From Macrostomum lignano (Eukaryota), in the NCBI GenBank assembly GCA_002269645.1, contig NIVC01002575.1:1-37512 (forward strand): DNA of 37,512 nucleotides, in the 5' to 3' direction. The stretch's first letter is position 1, and each line of letters begins with the position of its first letter. The position numbers and the translations under genes were made by a program. The notes below the pieces were generated by a model, which had not been told where the DNA came from, made no database searches, and worked only from the letters and a program-made list of their open reading frames with translations. This document shows positions 10,301 to 21,937 of this stretch, in pieces.

Positions 10301-13300
10301 GAGAGGGGGCGGCCTAGTCTGCAGATCTGAGAGGGGGCGGCCTAGTCTGCAGATCTGAGAGGGGGCGGCCTAGTCTGGGGATCTGAGAGGGGGCGGCCTA
10401 GTCTGCAGATCTGAGAGGGGGCGGCCTAGTCTGCGGATCTGAGAGGGTGGCGGCCTAGTCTGGGGATCTGAGAGGGGACGGCCTAGTCTGCGGATCTGAG
10501 AGGTTGGTACTTAGTCTGCAGATCTGAGAGGGGGCGGCCTAGTCTGCAGATCTGAGAGAAAGGCGGCCTAGTCTGGGGATCTGAGAGGGGGCGGCCTAGT
10601 CTGGGGATCTGAGAGGGGGCGGCCTAGTCTGGGGATCTGAGAGGTTGGTACTTAGTCTGCAGATCTGAGAGGGGGCGGCCTAGTCTGGGGATCTGAGAGG
10701 GGGCGGCCTAGTCTGGGGATCTGAGAGGGGGCGGCCTAGTCTGGGGATCTGAGAGGGGGCGGCCTAGTCTGCAGATCTGAGAGGGGGCGGCCTAGTCTGC
10801 AGATCTGAGAGGGGGCGGCCTAGTCTGGGGATCTGAGAGGGGGCGGCCTAGTCTGGGGATCTGAGAGGGGGCGGCCTAGTCTGCAGATCTGAGAGGGGGC
10901 GGCCTAGTCTGCGGATCTGAGAGGGTGGCGGCCTAGTCTGGGGATCTGAGAGGGGACGGCCTAGTCTGGGGATCTGAGAGGTTGGTACTTAGTCTGCAGA
11001 TCTGAGAGGGGGCGGCCTAGTCTGCAGATCTGAGAGGGGGCGGCCTAGTCTGCGGATCTGAGAGGGTGGCGGCCTAGTCTGGGGATCTGAGAGGGGACGG
11101 CCTAGTCTGGGGATCTGAGAGGTTGGTACTTAGTCTGCAGATCTGAGAGGGGGCGGCCTAGTCTGCAGATCTGAGAGGGGGCGGCCTAGTCTGCGGATCT
11201 GAGAGGGTGGCGGCCTAGTCTGGGGATCTGAGAGGGCACGGCCTAGTCTGGGGATCTGAGAGGTTGGTACTTAGTCTGCAGATCTGAGAGGGGGCGGCCT
11301 AGTCTGCAGATCTGAGAGGGGGCGGCCTAGTCTGGGGATCTGAGAGGGGGCGGCCTAGTCTGCAGATCTGAGAGGGGGCGGCCTAGTCTGGGGATCTGAG
11401 AGGGGACGGCCTAGTCTGGGGATCTGAGAGGTTGGTACTTAGTCTGCAGATCTGAGAGGGGGCGGCCTAGTCTGCAGATCTGAGAGGGGGCGGCCTAGTC
11501 TGCGGATCTGAGAGGGGGCGGCCTAGTCTGCAGATCTGAGAGGGGGCGGCCTAGTCTGCAGATCTGAGAGGGGGCGGCCTAGTCTGCGGATCTGAGAGGG
11601 TGGCGGCCTAGTCTGGGGATCTGAGAGGGGACGGCCTAGTCTGGGGATCTGAGAGGTTGGTACTTAGTCTGCAGATCTGAGAGGGGGCGGCCTAGTCTGC
11701 AGATCTGAGAGGGGGCGGCCTAGTCTGCGGATCTGAGAGGGGGCGGCCTAGTCTGCAGATCTGAGAGGGGGCGGCCTAGTCTGCGGATCTGAGAGGGGGC
11801 GGCCTAGTCTGCGGATCTGAGAGGGGGCGGCCTAGTCTGCAGATCTGAGAGGGGGCGGCCTAGTCTGCGGATCTGAGAGGGTGGCGGCCTAGTCTGGGGA
11901 TCTGAGAGGGGACGGCCTAGTCTGGGGATCTGAGAGGTTGGTACTTAGTCTGCAGATCTGAGAGGGGGCGGCCTAGTCTGCAGATCTGAGAGGGGGCGGC
12001 CTAGTCTGCAGATCTGAGAGGGGCGGCCTAGTCTGGGGATCTGAGAGGGGGCGGCCTAGTCTGGGGATCTGAGAGGGGGCGGCCTAGTCTGGGGATCTGA
12101 GAGGGGGCGGCCTAGTCTGCAGATCTGAGAGGGGGCGGCCTAGTCTGCAGATCTGAGAGGGGGCGGCCTAGTCTGGGGATCTGAGAGGGGGCGGCCTAGT
12201 CTGCAGATCTGAGAGGGGGCGGCCTAGTCTGCGGATCTGAGAGGGTGGCGGCCTAGTCTGGGGATCTGAGAGGGGACGGCCTAGTCTGCGGATCTGAGAG
12301 GTTGGTACTTAGTCTGCAGATCTGAGAGGGGGCGGCCTAGTCTGCAGATCTGAGAGAAAGGCGGCCTAGTCTGGGGATCTGAGAGGGGGCGGCCTAGTCT
12401 GGGGATCTGAGAGGGGGCGGCCTAGTCTGGGGATCTGAGAGGTTGGTACTTAGTCTGCAGATCTGAGAGGGGGCGGCCTAGTCTGGGGATCTGAGAGGGG
12501 GCGGCCTAGTCTGGGGATCTGAGAGGGGGCGGCCTAGTCTGGGGATCTGAGAGGGGGCGGCCTAGTCTGCAGATCTGAGAGGGGGCGGCCTAGTCTGCAG
12601 ATCTGAGAGGGGGCGGCCTAGTCTGGGGATCTGAGAGGGGGCGGCCTAGTCTGGGGATCTGAGAGGGGGCGGCCTAGTCTGCAGATCTGAGAGGGGGCGG
12701 CCTAGTCTGCGGATCTGAGAGGGTGGCGGCCTAGTCTGGGGATCTGAGAGGGGACGGCCTAGTCTGGGGATCTGAGAGGTTGGTACTTAGTCTGCAGATC
12801 TGAGAGGGGGCGGCCTAGTCTGCAGATCTGAGAGGGGGCGGCCTAGTCTGCGGATCTGAGAGGGTGGCGGCCTAGTCTGGGGATCTGAGAGGGGACGGCC
12901 TAGTCTGGGGATCTGAGAGGTTGGTACTTAGTCTGCAGATCTGAGAGGGGGCGGCCTAGTCTGCAGATCTGAGAGAAAGGCGGCCTAGTCTGGGGATCTG
13001 AGAGGGGGCGGCCTAGTCTGGGGATCTGAGAGGGGACGGCCTAGTCTGGGGATCTGAGAGGTTGGTACTTAGTCTGCAGATCTGAGAGGGGGCGGCCTAG
13101 TCTGCAGATCTGAGAGGGGGCGGCCTAGTCTGGGGATCTGAGAGGGGGCGGCCTAGTCTGGGGATCTGAGAGGGGGCGGCCTAGTCTGCAGATCTGAGAG
13201 GGGGCGGCCTAGTCTGCGGATCTGAGAGGGTGGCGGCCTAGTCTGGGGATCTGAGAGGGGACGGCCTAGTCTGGGGATCTGAGAGGTTGGTACTTAGTCT

Positions 13301-16300
13301 GCAGATCTGAGAGGGGGCGGCCTAGTCTGCAGATCTGAGAGGGGGCGGCCTAGTCTGCGGATCTGAGAGGGGGCGGCCTAGTCTGCAGATCTGAGAGGGG
13401 GCGGCCTAGTCTGCGGATCTGAGAGGGGGCGGCCTAGTCTGCGGATCTGAGAGGGGGCGGCCTAGTCTGCAGATCTGAGAGGGGGCGGCCTAGTCTGCGG
13501 ATCTGAGAGGGTGGCGGCCTAGTCTGGGGATCTGAGAGGGGACGGCCTAGTCTGGGGATCTGAGAGGTTGGTACTTAGTCTGCAGATCTGAGAGGGGGCG
13601 GCCTAGTCTGGGGATCTGAGAGGGGGCGGCCTAGTCCGGGGATCTGAGAGGGGGCGGCCTAGTCTGGGGATCTGAGAGGGGACGGCCTAGTCTGGGGATC
13701 TGAGAGGTTGGTACTTAGTCTGCAGATCTGAGAGGGGGCGGCCTAGTCTGCAGATCTGAGAGGGGGCGGCCTAGTCTGCAGATCTGAGAGAAAGGCGGCC
13801 TAGTCTGGGGATCTGAGAGGGGGCGGCCTAGTCTGGGGATCTGAGAGGGGGCGGCCTAGTCTGGGGATCTGAGAGGGGACGGCCTAGTCTGGGGATCTGA
13901 GAGGTTGGTACTTAGTCTGCAGATCTGAGAGGGGGCGGCCTAGTCTGCAGATCTGAGAGGGGGCGGCCTAGTCTGGGGATCTGAGAGGGGGCGGCCTAGT
14001 CTGCAGATCTGAGAGGGGGCGGCCTAGTCTGCGGATCTGAGAGGGTGGCGGCCTAGTCTGGGGATCTGAGAGGGGACGGCCTAGTCTGGGGATCTGAGAG
14101 GTTGGTACTTAGTCTGCAGATCTGAGAGGGGGCGGCCTAGTCTGCAGATCTGAGAGGGGCGGCCTAGTCTGCGGATCTGAGAGGGGGCGGCCTAGTCTGC
14201 AGATCTGAGAGGGGGCGGCCTAGTCTGCGGATCTGAGAGGGGACGGCCTAGTCTGCGGATCTGAGAGGGGGCGGCCTAGTCTGCAGATCTGAGAGGGGGC
14301 GGCCTAGTCTGCGGATCTGAGAGGGTGGCGGCCTAGTCTGGGGATCTGAGAGGGGACGGCCTAGTCTGGGGATCTGAGAGGTTGGTACTTAGTCTGCAGA
14401 TCTGAGAGGGGGCGGCCTAGTCTGCAGATCTGAGAGAAAGGCGGCCTAGTCTGGGGATCTGAGAGGGGGCGGCCTAGTCCGGGGATCTGAGAGGGGGCGG
14501 CCTAGTCTGGGGATCTGAGAGGGGACGGCCTAGTCTGGGGATCTGAGAGGTTGGTACTTAGTCTGCAGATCTGAGAGGGGGCGGCCTAGTCTGCAGATCT
14601 GAGAGGGGGCGGCCTAGTCTGCGGATCTGAGAGGGGGCGGCCTAGTCTGCAGATCTGAGAGGGGGCGGCCTAGTCTGCAGATCTGAGAGGGGGCGGCCTA
14701 GTCTGCGGATCTGAGAGGGTGGCGGCCTAGTCTGGGGATCTGAGAGGGGACGGCCTAGTCTGGGGATCTGAGAGGTTGGTACTTAGTCTGCAGATCTGAG
14801 AGGGGGCGGCCTAGTCTGCAGATCTGAGAGAAAGGCGGCCTAGTCTGGGGATCTGAGAGGGGGCGGCCTAGTCTGGGGATCTGAGAGGGGGCGGCCTAGT
14901 CTGGGGATCTGAGAGGGGGCGGCCTAGTCTGGGGATCTGAGAGGGGGCGGCCTAGTCTGGGGATCTGAGAGGGGGCGGCCTAGTCTGCGGATCTGAGAGG
15001 GGGGCGGCCTAGTCTGGGGATCTGAGAGGGGGGCGGCCTAGTCTGAACAAAAGCCTAGAAATTAAAATGAAGGCTCAAGTGTAAATTAGAAGCATAAATA
15101 CGAAGCCTTATGGTTTCTTCGTATATGCATAAGCTCAGGAATACTGAGTCGCAACACAGTGAGCACAGTGAGCACAAGACAGGGACATAGCAAGAAATAA
15201 GCGATTTATTGAAACAAAAGATTTGTGTTCCCTAAGTACAACGATTTCATAGTACGCCAATCACTCTAGTAATTGGTTATATACTGGTAATCTGAGTATA
15301 ATGCAGATTCGCTCGCATTTTTACAACCCCCAGAGTTAACTCAACAAATCAGTTACCATGTGTACTTTATACAATAGTTAGATCTTTGCAACAAATTGCG
15401 TGTAGCTTGATAATATAAAATTTGTTGCATGCACGAAGCACTGAGACCTTGTGCTGGACCTTAGATTAGAGTCCTGATACAGGCAAATGAGACCTAATAA
15501 GTCAAGTATTGAGAGGTACAGGGGAATGTCAAGCTAATGTAACAGAGCCGCTCACAAACAAAAGCTTGAGAGCCAGGCCAAACGCAGTCTTATCTTGCCA
15601 GGCATGAAACAGAATAGATTGAGAGCAATGGGAAACTCAGGCTTAGATAATTGCTCCAGGGAAGCTGTGATGTCAACACAAATTTAGACCGTTTTTTTTC
15701 CTATGCGGAAAATGCCAAACCACAACAGGCACACGCTTCTTACAAGCTAATCTTTGTGTGTAGAGACACACCCTCTTTAGTTATTATGGCCATAACAGTT
15801 GAATAACAAATTTTCATGATAAACAAACACAAACTTTTATGCACCTTTTTGTTAAAAATGTTTTTGTTAAACTGTGCACTATATCACTATATTTTCCATC
15901 TTTCTCTTGTCTATATAGTGCTCTGTCTAAAAAATATTTAATTTCAAACCATATGAGTGGCAGTATCAACTGTTCAAAATTATGATTGAGCTGATAAAGC
16001 CAGAGTCTAACAGGTTCACAAATCTAAAAAGGATTAAAATAAATAGAATAAAATAAACAAAAACCAATATACTTTCTGCTCTCTGTCTTTCTTCCAAGTT
16101 AAATTTTTTTGACATTGTGAACTCTAAGTAGCTATTTTAACCTCATGGCCAACAAACTATCCTCAGCGCAACAATAAAAAAGCAATTACCAGTGCTTTCA
16201 TCAGCAGCCAAAATTCCACGACCAGGTGCAACAATAGCATTTGCAATGTCCCTTAGCTCTTTTTGCTTCTTAGCACTTAGGTATTCAGCAAACTGAGGCA

Positions 16301-16301
16301 T
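7307..16301 (-). CDS. ALDO: Fructose-bisphosphate aldolase, class I (~366 aa after correcting one missing G)
   Basis: Exons 16301-16190 ([38 protein letters not shown]), 8572-8106, 8007-7666 and 7485-7307, all GT-AG with compatible phases. Catalytic motifs ADES, GIKVDKG, FAKWR, IVEPEV, LKPNM (Schiff-base Lys), [17 protein letters not shown] and the C-terminal ...LFVEKHQY are present. The last exon needs +1 G at 7351-7353. Confidence 0.96.
8737..15045 (+). repeat. 6.3-kb minisatellite, 28-bp unit TAGTCTG(CA/CG/GG)GATCTGAGAGGGGGCGGCC, ~220 copies, inside aldolase coding intron 1 (8573-16189)
   Basis: Read directly from the sequence. There is a small set of recurring variant units (gggtggcggcc, ggggacggcc, ggttggtact, agaaaggcggcc) and divergent dimer-type units at the left edge (8737-8990). 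Confidence 0.99.
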
Positions 16302-17423
16302 TGTTGATTCAAAATATTTCAACTAGCATGCAATGAAGTGATGTTGGTTTTTATATTTTCATATAGTTAATAATGGCTTAAAATTCAATTATTTACCATA
16401 AAACTTATTCAGAAAGAAGGAAAAGTTAAAAGCATTATGTTTTGTTTTTCTTGAAGAAGTAATACTTTAAAATGTATATATACAAAAAGGCATTTAATAA
16501 ACTTATAAAAACACTAAAATACTCATGTATTTGCTTATCTTTATCACTAATGTAATATTCTGATAACGTACACTATAATGACTTCGTAGTTTTTAAAAAT
16601 CGTTTATTTAAAAATAAAAACATAATGTTGATAAGTCCACCCTTTCTCACCATTTCTATGGATAACTCATGCCTGTATTTTTAATTATTATTTTTTTTAT
16701 CATGCCTGCCTCTTATCAAATGTATACTATGTTGCAATATAAAGTTTAAACTTGGTCTGCAACATACAGTTTGACAGCTAAGCCTAGCTGAAAATCAAAA
16801 CAAAATAGAAGTGAGTAACTGTCGAATTATTAAATTTTACATATATAAATATAAGTTGCTTCATTGGCTTTGTAAATCCTGATCAAAACCGCATGAAGCA
16901 CATAAATGTACGATGTAAAATGAATGGAACTATTAATATAGCTAATATTATTAATAATGTCAGCGTCAATTAAGATATTTTTAGACTTGTAACGTTGACA
17001 AAGTATGTAAATTATTAATAATAAAATGCTAATTGCTTTGTAAACAGACAAATCGAGCCTTGATTCACTATTCGCTACTGCAAGCAGATTTAAGACAGTT
17101 CGTGTGGGCACTAGCAATTGAGCAAGCTAGCCGCTTGCCTTTTGGTACACAGAAATAATTTAATGTTTTTATACATTTTAGGGTTTAAAATAGTGCCAGA
17201 CTATTTTCCGTTACGGTTATTTAAAACATTTGCTGTACTAGTTTTCTGTTAAAAGTAAAAAAAATAATTTATTCTCTTAGTAGATTATAACTTTAAGAGT
17301 TCTAATAAAATATTCATACTGATTTCACTAGCTTGTTAAATGCAGATGACTTTAACTTGCACAATTTTAAAATTATTTAGGAATTATGAAATTTTCGCGA
17401 TGATCTCCATATCAGCTGTTATT

Positions 17424-17537
17424 GTCGGACATACGACCGTCTAGTCGGTAATGCAGCAACTAAAATTATTCCGTTTAGACAAGAGCACTCGCCGTGCTGT
17501 CAGACCGTCTAGTATTTTGTTATTCAGACCGTCTAGT
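17424..17537 (+). mobile_element. Possible Helitron-like 3' termini (hairpin followed by CTAG|T), three copies of GACCGTCTAGT
   Basis: GACCGTCTAGT occurs at 17435, 17503 and 17527. A hairpin AGCAC-TCGCC-GTGCT (17484-17498) lies 10 nt before CTAG|T. No 5' end was identified. Confidence 0.25.
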
Positions 17538-17880
17538 ATCTATTATTTTGTAGGCAGTGCAATATGACGATATTTGAAACGAAATTATTCATGACTATGA
17601 CTATTAATATTAATTTAACTAGACCTTTTTGCTTTAATTTTAGTTTTAAGAGCCTGCATTACATCTGCATGATTATGAAAGATAATAATAGACTACTCAT
17701 ATTTAATATGTAAGCCCTATTGCTTGTTCACTGCTATATTATAGTATATATTTAATTCAATTGTGATAAAAGTCAATAGAACCTAGCTTGGCCTATGTGA
17801 CAGTGTCATTTCTGTTCCATAATTATTGATTTATTACTAGCAATCTACGCCCCCGTTGGGGAGCCAAAGAAATGCAATAC

Positions 17881-18435
17881 AGCCTTGAAATCTCATTTAT
17901 ACCCCGTGAGCCTTGACATCTCAGCTATTCCCTCCGTAAGCCTTAACATGTCAGCAATGGCCCCATAAACCTTGAAATCTAAAAAATCCCCTGTTATTCT
18001 GTTAACCTTGAAACCCGATAAAATATAACCCTCAACCCACACCTGACCTAAACCTAACTTTAACTTAACCTAAAGCCTTGAAATCTCAGCAATTCTTCTC
18101 CCCTAAGCCTTGACATTTTAGTGATTCCTTCTTTAAGAATCAAGCACTATAACGATTTCCACCAAGCTTTGACATTGTAGCAATTCCCAAATGAATATTT
18201 TAACTTCGACATGACTTTTCTTTTATGTATACGTAGTGCTACTTTTATTTTTTACATGACTCTTCTTCTATCAGCACCCCCCGTGGCAAGCCAACAAAGA
18301 ATGGAATAAAAAAATTGAGTAAAGTACATGAACTTTGAAGTAGCTTCTGACTTTTGCTTTGACATCTCAGAAACCCCCCCCCATAATCTCAGTTATTCTC
18401 TGAAAGCCTAGCTTGACGTCTCAGTAATTCTCCCC
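17881..18435 (+). repeat. Degenerate ~29-bp repeat relic related to the 33.9-35.2 kb minisatellite
   Basis: Units such as AGCCTTGAAATCTCA, GAGCCTTGACATCTCAGCTATTCCC and AGCCTTGAAATCTCAGCAATTCTTCTCCCC match GAGCCTTGGCATCTCAGCAATTCCCC of the 33928-35242 array. Confidence 0.6.
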
Positions 18436-18542
18436 AGCACAGCACTATAGCTTCATTTAATTTTTACATGACACTTCTTTCATGTCTGACATGATACTTC
18501 TTTTGACTTTTACATGAAATTTCCATTAGTTTTAATAAGAGG

Positions 18543-19277
18543 CTTCTATGATTTTTTGATGACGCTTCTATGACATTTTACATGACGCTTCTATGATTTT
18601 TACATGACGCTTCTATGATTTTCACAAGACGCTTCTATGATTTTTTTACATGACGTTTCTATGATTGTTTACATGACGCTTCTATGATTTTTTACATGAC
18701 ACTTCTATGATTTTTACATGACGCTTCTATGATTTTTTACATAACGCTTCTATGATTTTTTACATGACGCTTCTATGATTGTTTACATGACGCTTCTATG
18801 ATTTTTATATGATGCTTCTACGATTCTTTACATGACGCTTCTATGATTTTTTACATGACGCTTCTATGATTTTTTACATGACGCTTCTACGATTCTTTAC
18901 ATGACGCTTCTACGATTCTTTACATGACGCTTCTATGATTTTTTACATGACGCTTCTACGATTCTTTACATGACGCTTCTATGATTTTTTACATGACGCT
19001 TCTATCATTGTTTACATGACGTTTCTATGATTGTTTACATGACGCTTCTATGATTTTTATATGACGTTTTTACGATTTTTTACATGACGCTTCTATGATT
19101 CTTTACATGACGCTTCTATGATTTTTACATGACGTTTCTATGATTTTTTAAATGACGCTTCTATGATTTTTTATATGACGCTTCTATGATTTTTTACATG
19201 ACGCTTCTATGATTTTTACATGACGCTTCTATGATTTTTTATATGACGCTTCTATGATTTTTTTACATGACGCTTCT
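18543..19277 (+). repeat. Minisatellite, 21-24-bp unit CATGACGCTTCTATGA(T)4-7A, ~33 copies
   Basis: Read directly. The T-run length varies between units, and decayed precursor units occur at ~18205-18530. Confidence 0.97.
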
Positions 19278-19339
19278 TTTTAAAAAGTCTTTTAGTTTTC
19301 CTGACGTTGAAAAGCTTTAATAAAAAAAAATTATACTCT

Positions 19340-19405
19340 ATGAAAATTCGAACCATCGTCGCTGCATTTAGCAGTTCAGTTTGTTCACCTCTAGGCTAGC
19401 TCTCA
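19340..19405 (-). mobile_element. tRNA-derived Pol III head (SINE-like remnant)
   Basis: Minus-strand A box TAGCCTAGAGG (19398-19388) and B box GGTTCGAAT (19354-19346) start 44 nt apart, as in tRNAs. A T9 run follows at 19330-19322. It does not fold into a cloverleaf. Confidence 0.5.
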
Positions 19406-19789
19406 TCAAATTTTGCACTTATATAATTCAACACTTTAAAATCCAAGCATAGAGTAAATCACACGAAGCAGTTATGACATAATCAGTTTCTCAGTCAGTC
19501 AGTATCAGTTAACAATATGGTTACGCAATTTAAATCAAGTCTGGTGCTACGCTTCCACACTGCATTTTCAATTCAAGTCGGAGTTACAATTCAGTTATGA
19601 TGCAATCTATTTCAGAATCAGAATTCAACCAGTCAGTTTTTTCTCTAGCATTCTTACAATGCATTTCAAGTCGAAAAGTTTGCTTGAACTTTGCAAAAAA
19701 GCATGTTTTTCGAATATTTAATGCCTTTAGCATCGAGCAATTTCTTAGCCACGATGCATGTACAGTCACGGGAAAATTTCTGATCGAAC

Positions 19790-19895
19790 AGTGCAAGTCT
19801 CATGAAAATCGGTCCAGCCATTTTTTCTCTAATCGATTGCGTACAAACAAACAAACAAGCTTTTCATTTTTAGTATATTGGATGGATGGATGGAT
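19790..19895 (+). mobile_element. Remnant resembling the end of microsatellite-bearing non-autonomous Helitron/Helentron-type elements
   Basis: CATGAAAATCGGTCCAGCC...(CAAA)4...CTTTTCATT followed by (GGAT)4. This layout resembles, from recall only, DINE-1/Lep1-like ends. Confidence 0.3.
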
Positions 19896-20418
19896 TGGAA
19901 GTTATATTTAGTACCTATATTTAATACTTCTCATGTGCTCCGTCATTAAATATTTTTGTACTGTTTTTTAGATAATTCTTCGTTTAAATGAATGATTCAT
20001 AGAAACAGTCAGCAGTTTAAAATGTGTTTTAATTTATGAGGTAGGGGCAGAAAAAGTTTTCTTGGAAATTGGTTGTTTGAAATTAATTGCTGGCACCAAT
20101 GAGGTGGGGTGGATTCCACACTGACACTGGCAGTCTAGGATAAGATGATAATTCACAGGGACTGAGATCCCAATGAATATATTTCAAAGGTTTGAGCTAA
20201 CTTTTCAATTTATTGAATGCTCTAGTTCAAATATTTGGCTATATTTATAGAGACATTGGCTGTTTAAGATGGGTCCCACTAATTCCTAGGGACTTAATAT
20301 CTAGCCAAGCTAGACATTTTGCAATCTTGTCAACAACCCTACTAATAGTTTCTTTCTTGGTACGTATATCCTTATAAAAGACATCAACATGGGCAAGGAT
20401 GCCATGCCCTGTGTTACA

Positions 20419-21937
20419 CATATGGGCATTTCCGCCAATTAGGCACTATCGGAAAATTACACTTCAACAAACAGAAAATTATGAATTGTAGCTTAAGCCA
20501 GCTAATTGAAGTCAAACAAGGACTTAAACTGAAAAATACAACCACTTTTGCTCAATTTAAAGCTATTTGAAGATTGTTAATCGGCAAAATTAATGTTGAA
20601 AAACCATTTTAAACTTACGTAGACGCCACTTTTTTGGATGTCCAAACACACAATTTTTAACTTCAACATTGAATAAAAGAGCGAAGAAAACATTCTTTAT
20701 AGTAATTTTCTTTGTTTCATGAAAAAAACACATTAAACTTTGTTCAAATCATTCCTTTTCGTCACAAAACCTGCAAGAAGTCATTGATTTTTATCAGTTT
20801 TCTTGCTATACCAAAAAGTATAAACAGTAAGTTTTTGCATCATTTGTACTCATGTTGTACCCTCTCATTTACTCATAAGGCTTTCAATCTTCACGTTTTT
20901 TAGCTTAAATGAAGGAAAACATCTTTGCGATGATGTATCAGTATATTTTTTAGCAATAGAATTTGCTTAATACATTTTTCTAAGACATTGATTTTTTTTC
21001 GATGTGACATCTTAACCACAAGATTGTACTCATGTTGTACCCAATAATTTTTTTTAGTGCTTTTTATCAGCTGAAAACAATATATTTATGGATTGCCGAC
21101 ATACAGAGCTTCACAAAAAGTGGTCTGCTGAACCGTAATCTGTCAAAATACCTTAAATATTAACATTTAAATGTAGTAAGCACACTACTTACACGAGATG
21201 TATTTTCATGTTGTACCCTTTATTTTATTTTTGCTAGTTTTTTTCTCAAAATCAGTCTTACAAGACTATCATTAGGTATAAAAGCTGGAAAATAAAACAG
21301 TTTCACATTAATTTCTTGTTTATTTATCAATAAAAATGTAATTTACATTTTGCACTATAGTATGTAGATAGTAATTTACATAGTATTAAATCAATTTTCC
21401 CCACATTTACTTGTAATATTGCTTCAGAAAAACTTTCTCTAGATTGTGGAAGCATATGCATTTCTTGCTGCTTGCAAAGTTGCACTGGAACTTCTGAATA
21501 ATTACGGTGATCGGCTAGTTACTGAAAAGTAAAATTAGAGATTTACGTTCGGTATATCGCGCAGAAAAAAACATTTTGACAAAGTTAAAAAATATCGTAT
21601 GAACTTATGCGCAAAAATAACAAAATCTGAATTAAAAAGTTGATTAAAAGCATTAAGAAACAATTAAAAAATTATTGACTGAAAGAAAGTTAATTATAAG
21701 CAAGCAATTACGCCTCAATATAAAATTTTATTCTCCTACGGTATTAATCGTCTTCTTAGATCAGTATAACTTTTATCGGCAACTTTTATTGTTACCAGAA
21801 AATTTCTTGTGCTTCTACAAGATAAAAAAAGAAATTTAATAACAAATTCTAGTTAGATTTCCTGTTTTCAACATTTTTCTTCTTCTTTGCACACTCGGAC
21901 ACAATTTGTGTCCCTATTTGGCGGAAATGCCCATATG
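20419..21937. mobile_element. ~1.5-kb non-autonomous DNA transposon with 25-bp terminal inverted repeats
   Basis: CATATGGGCATTTCCGCCAATTAGG (20419-20443) matches the reverse complement of 21913-21937 at 24/25 positions. The interior is AT-rich and non-coding. No target-site duplication is visible. Confidence 0.55.

Noticed and set aside
18030-18075. CCTAAA/CCTAAC telomere-like hexamers
   Set aside because: There are only a few degenerate copies and no regular (TTAGGG)n tract.
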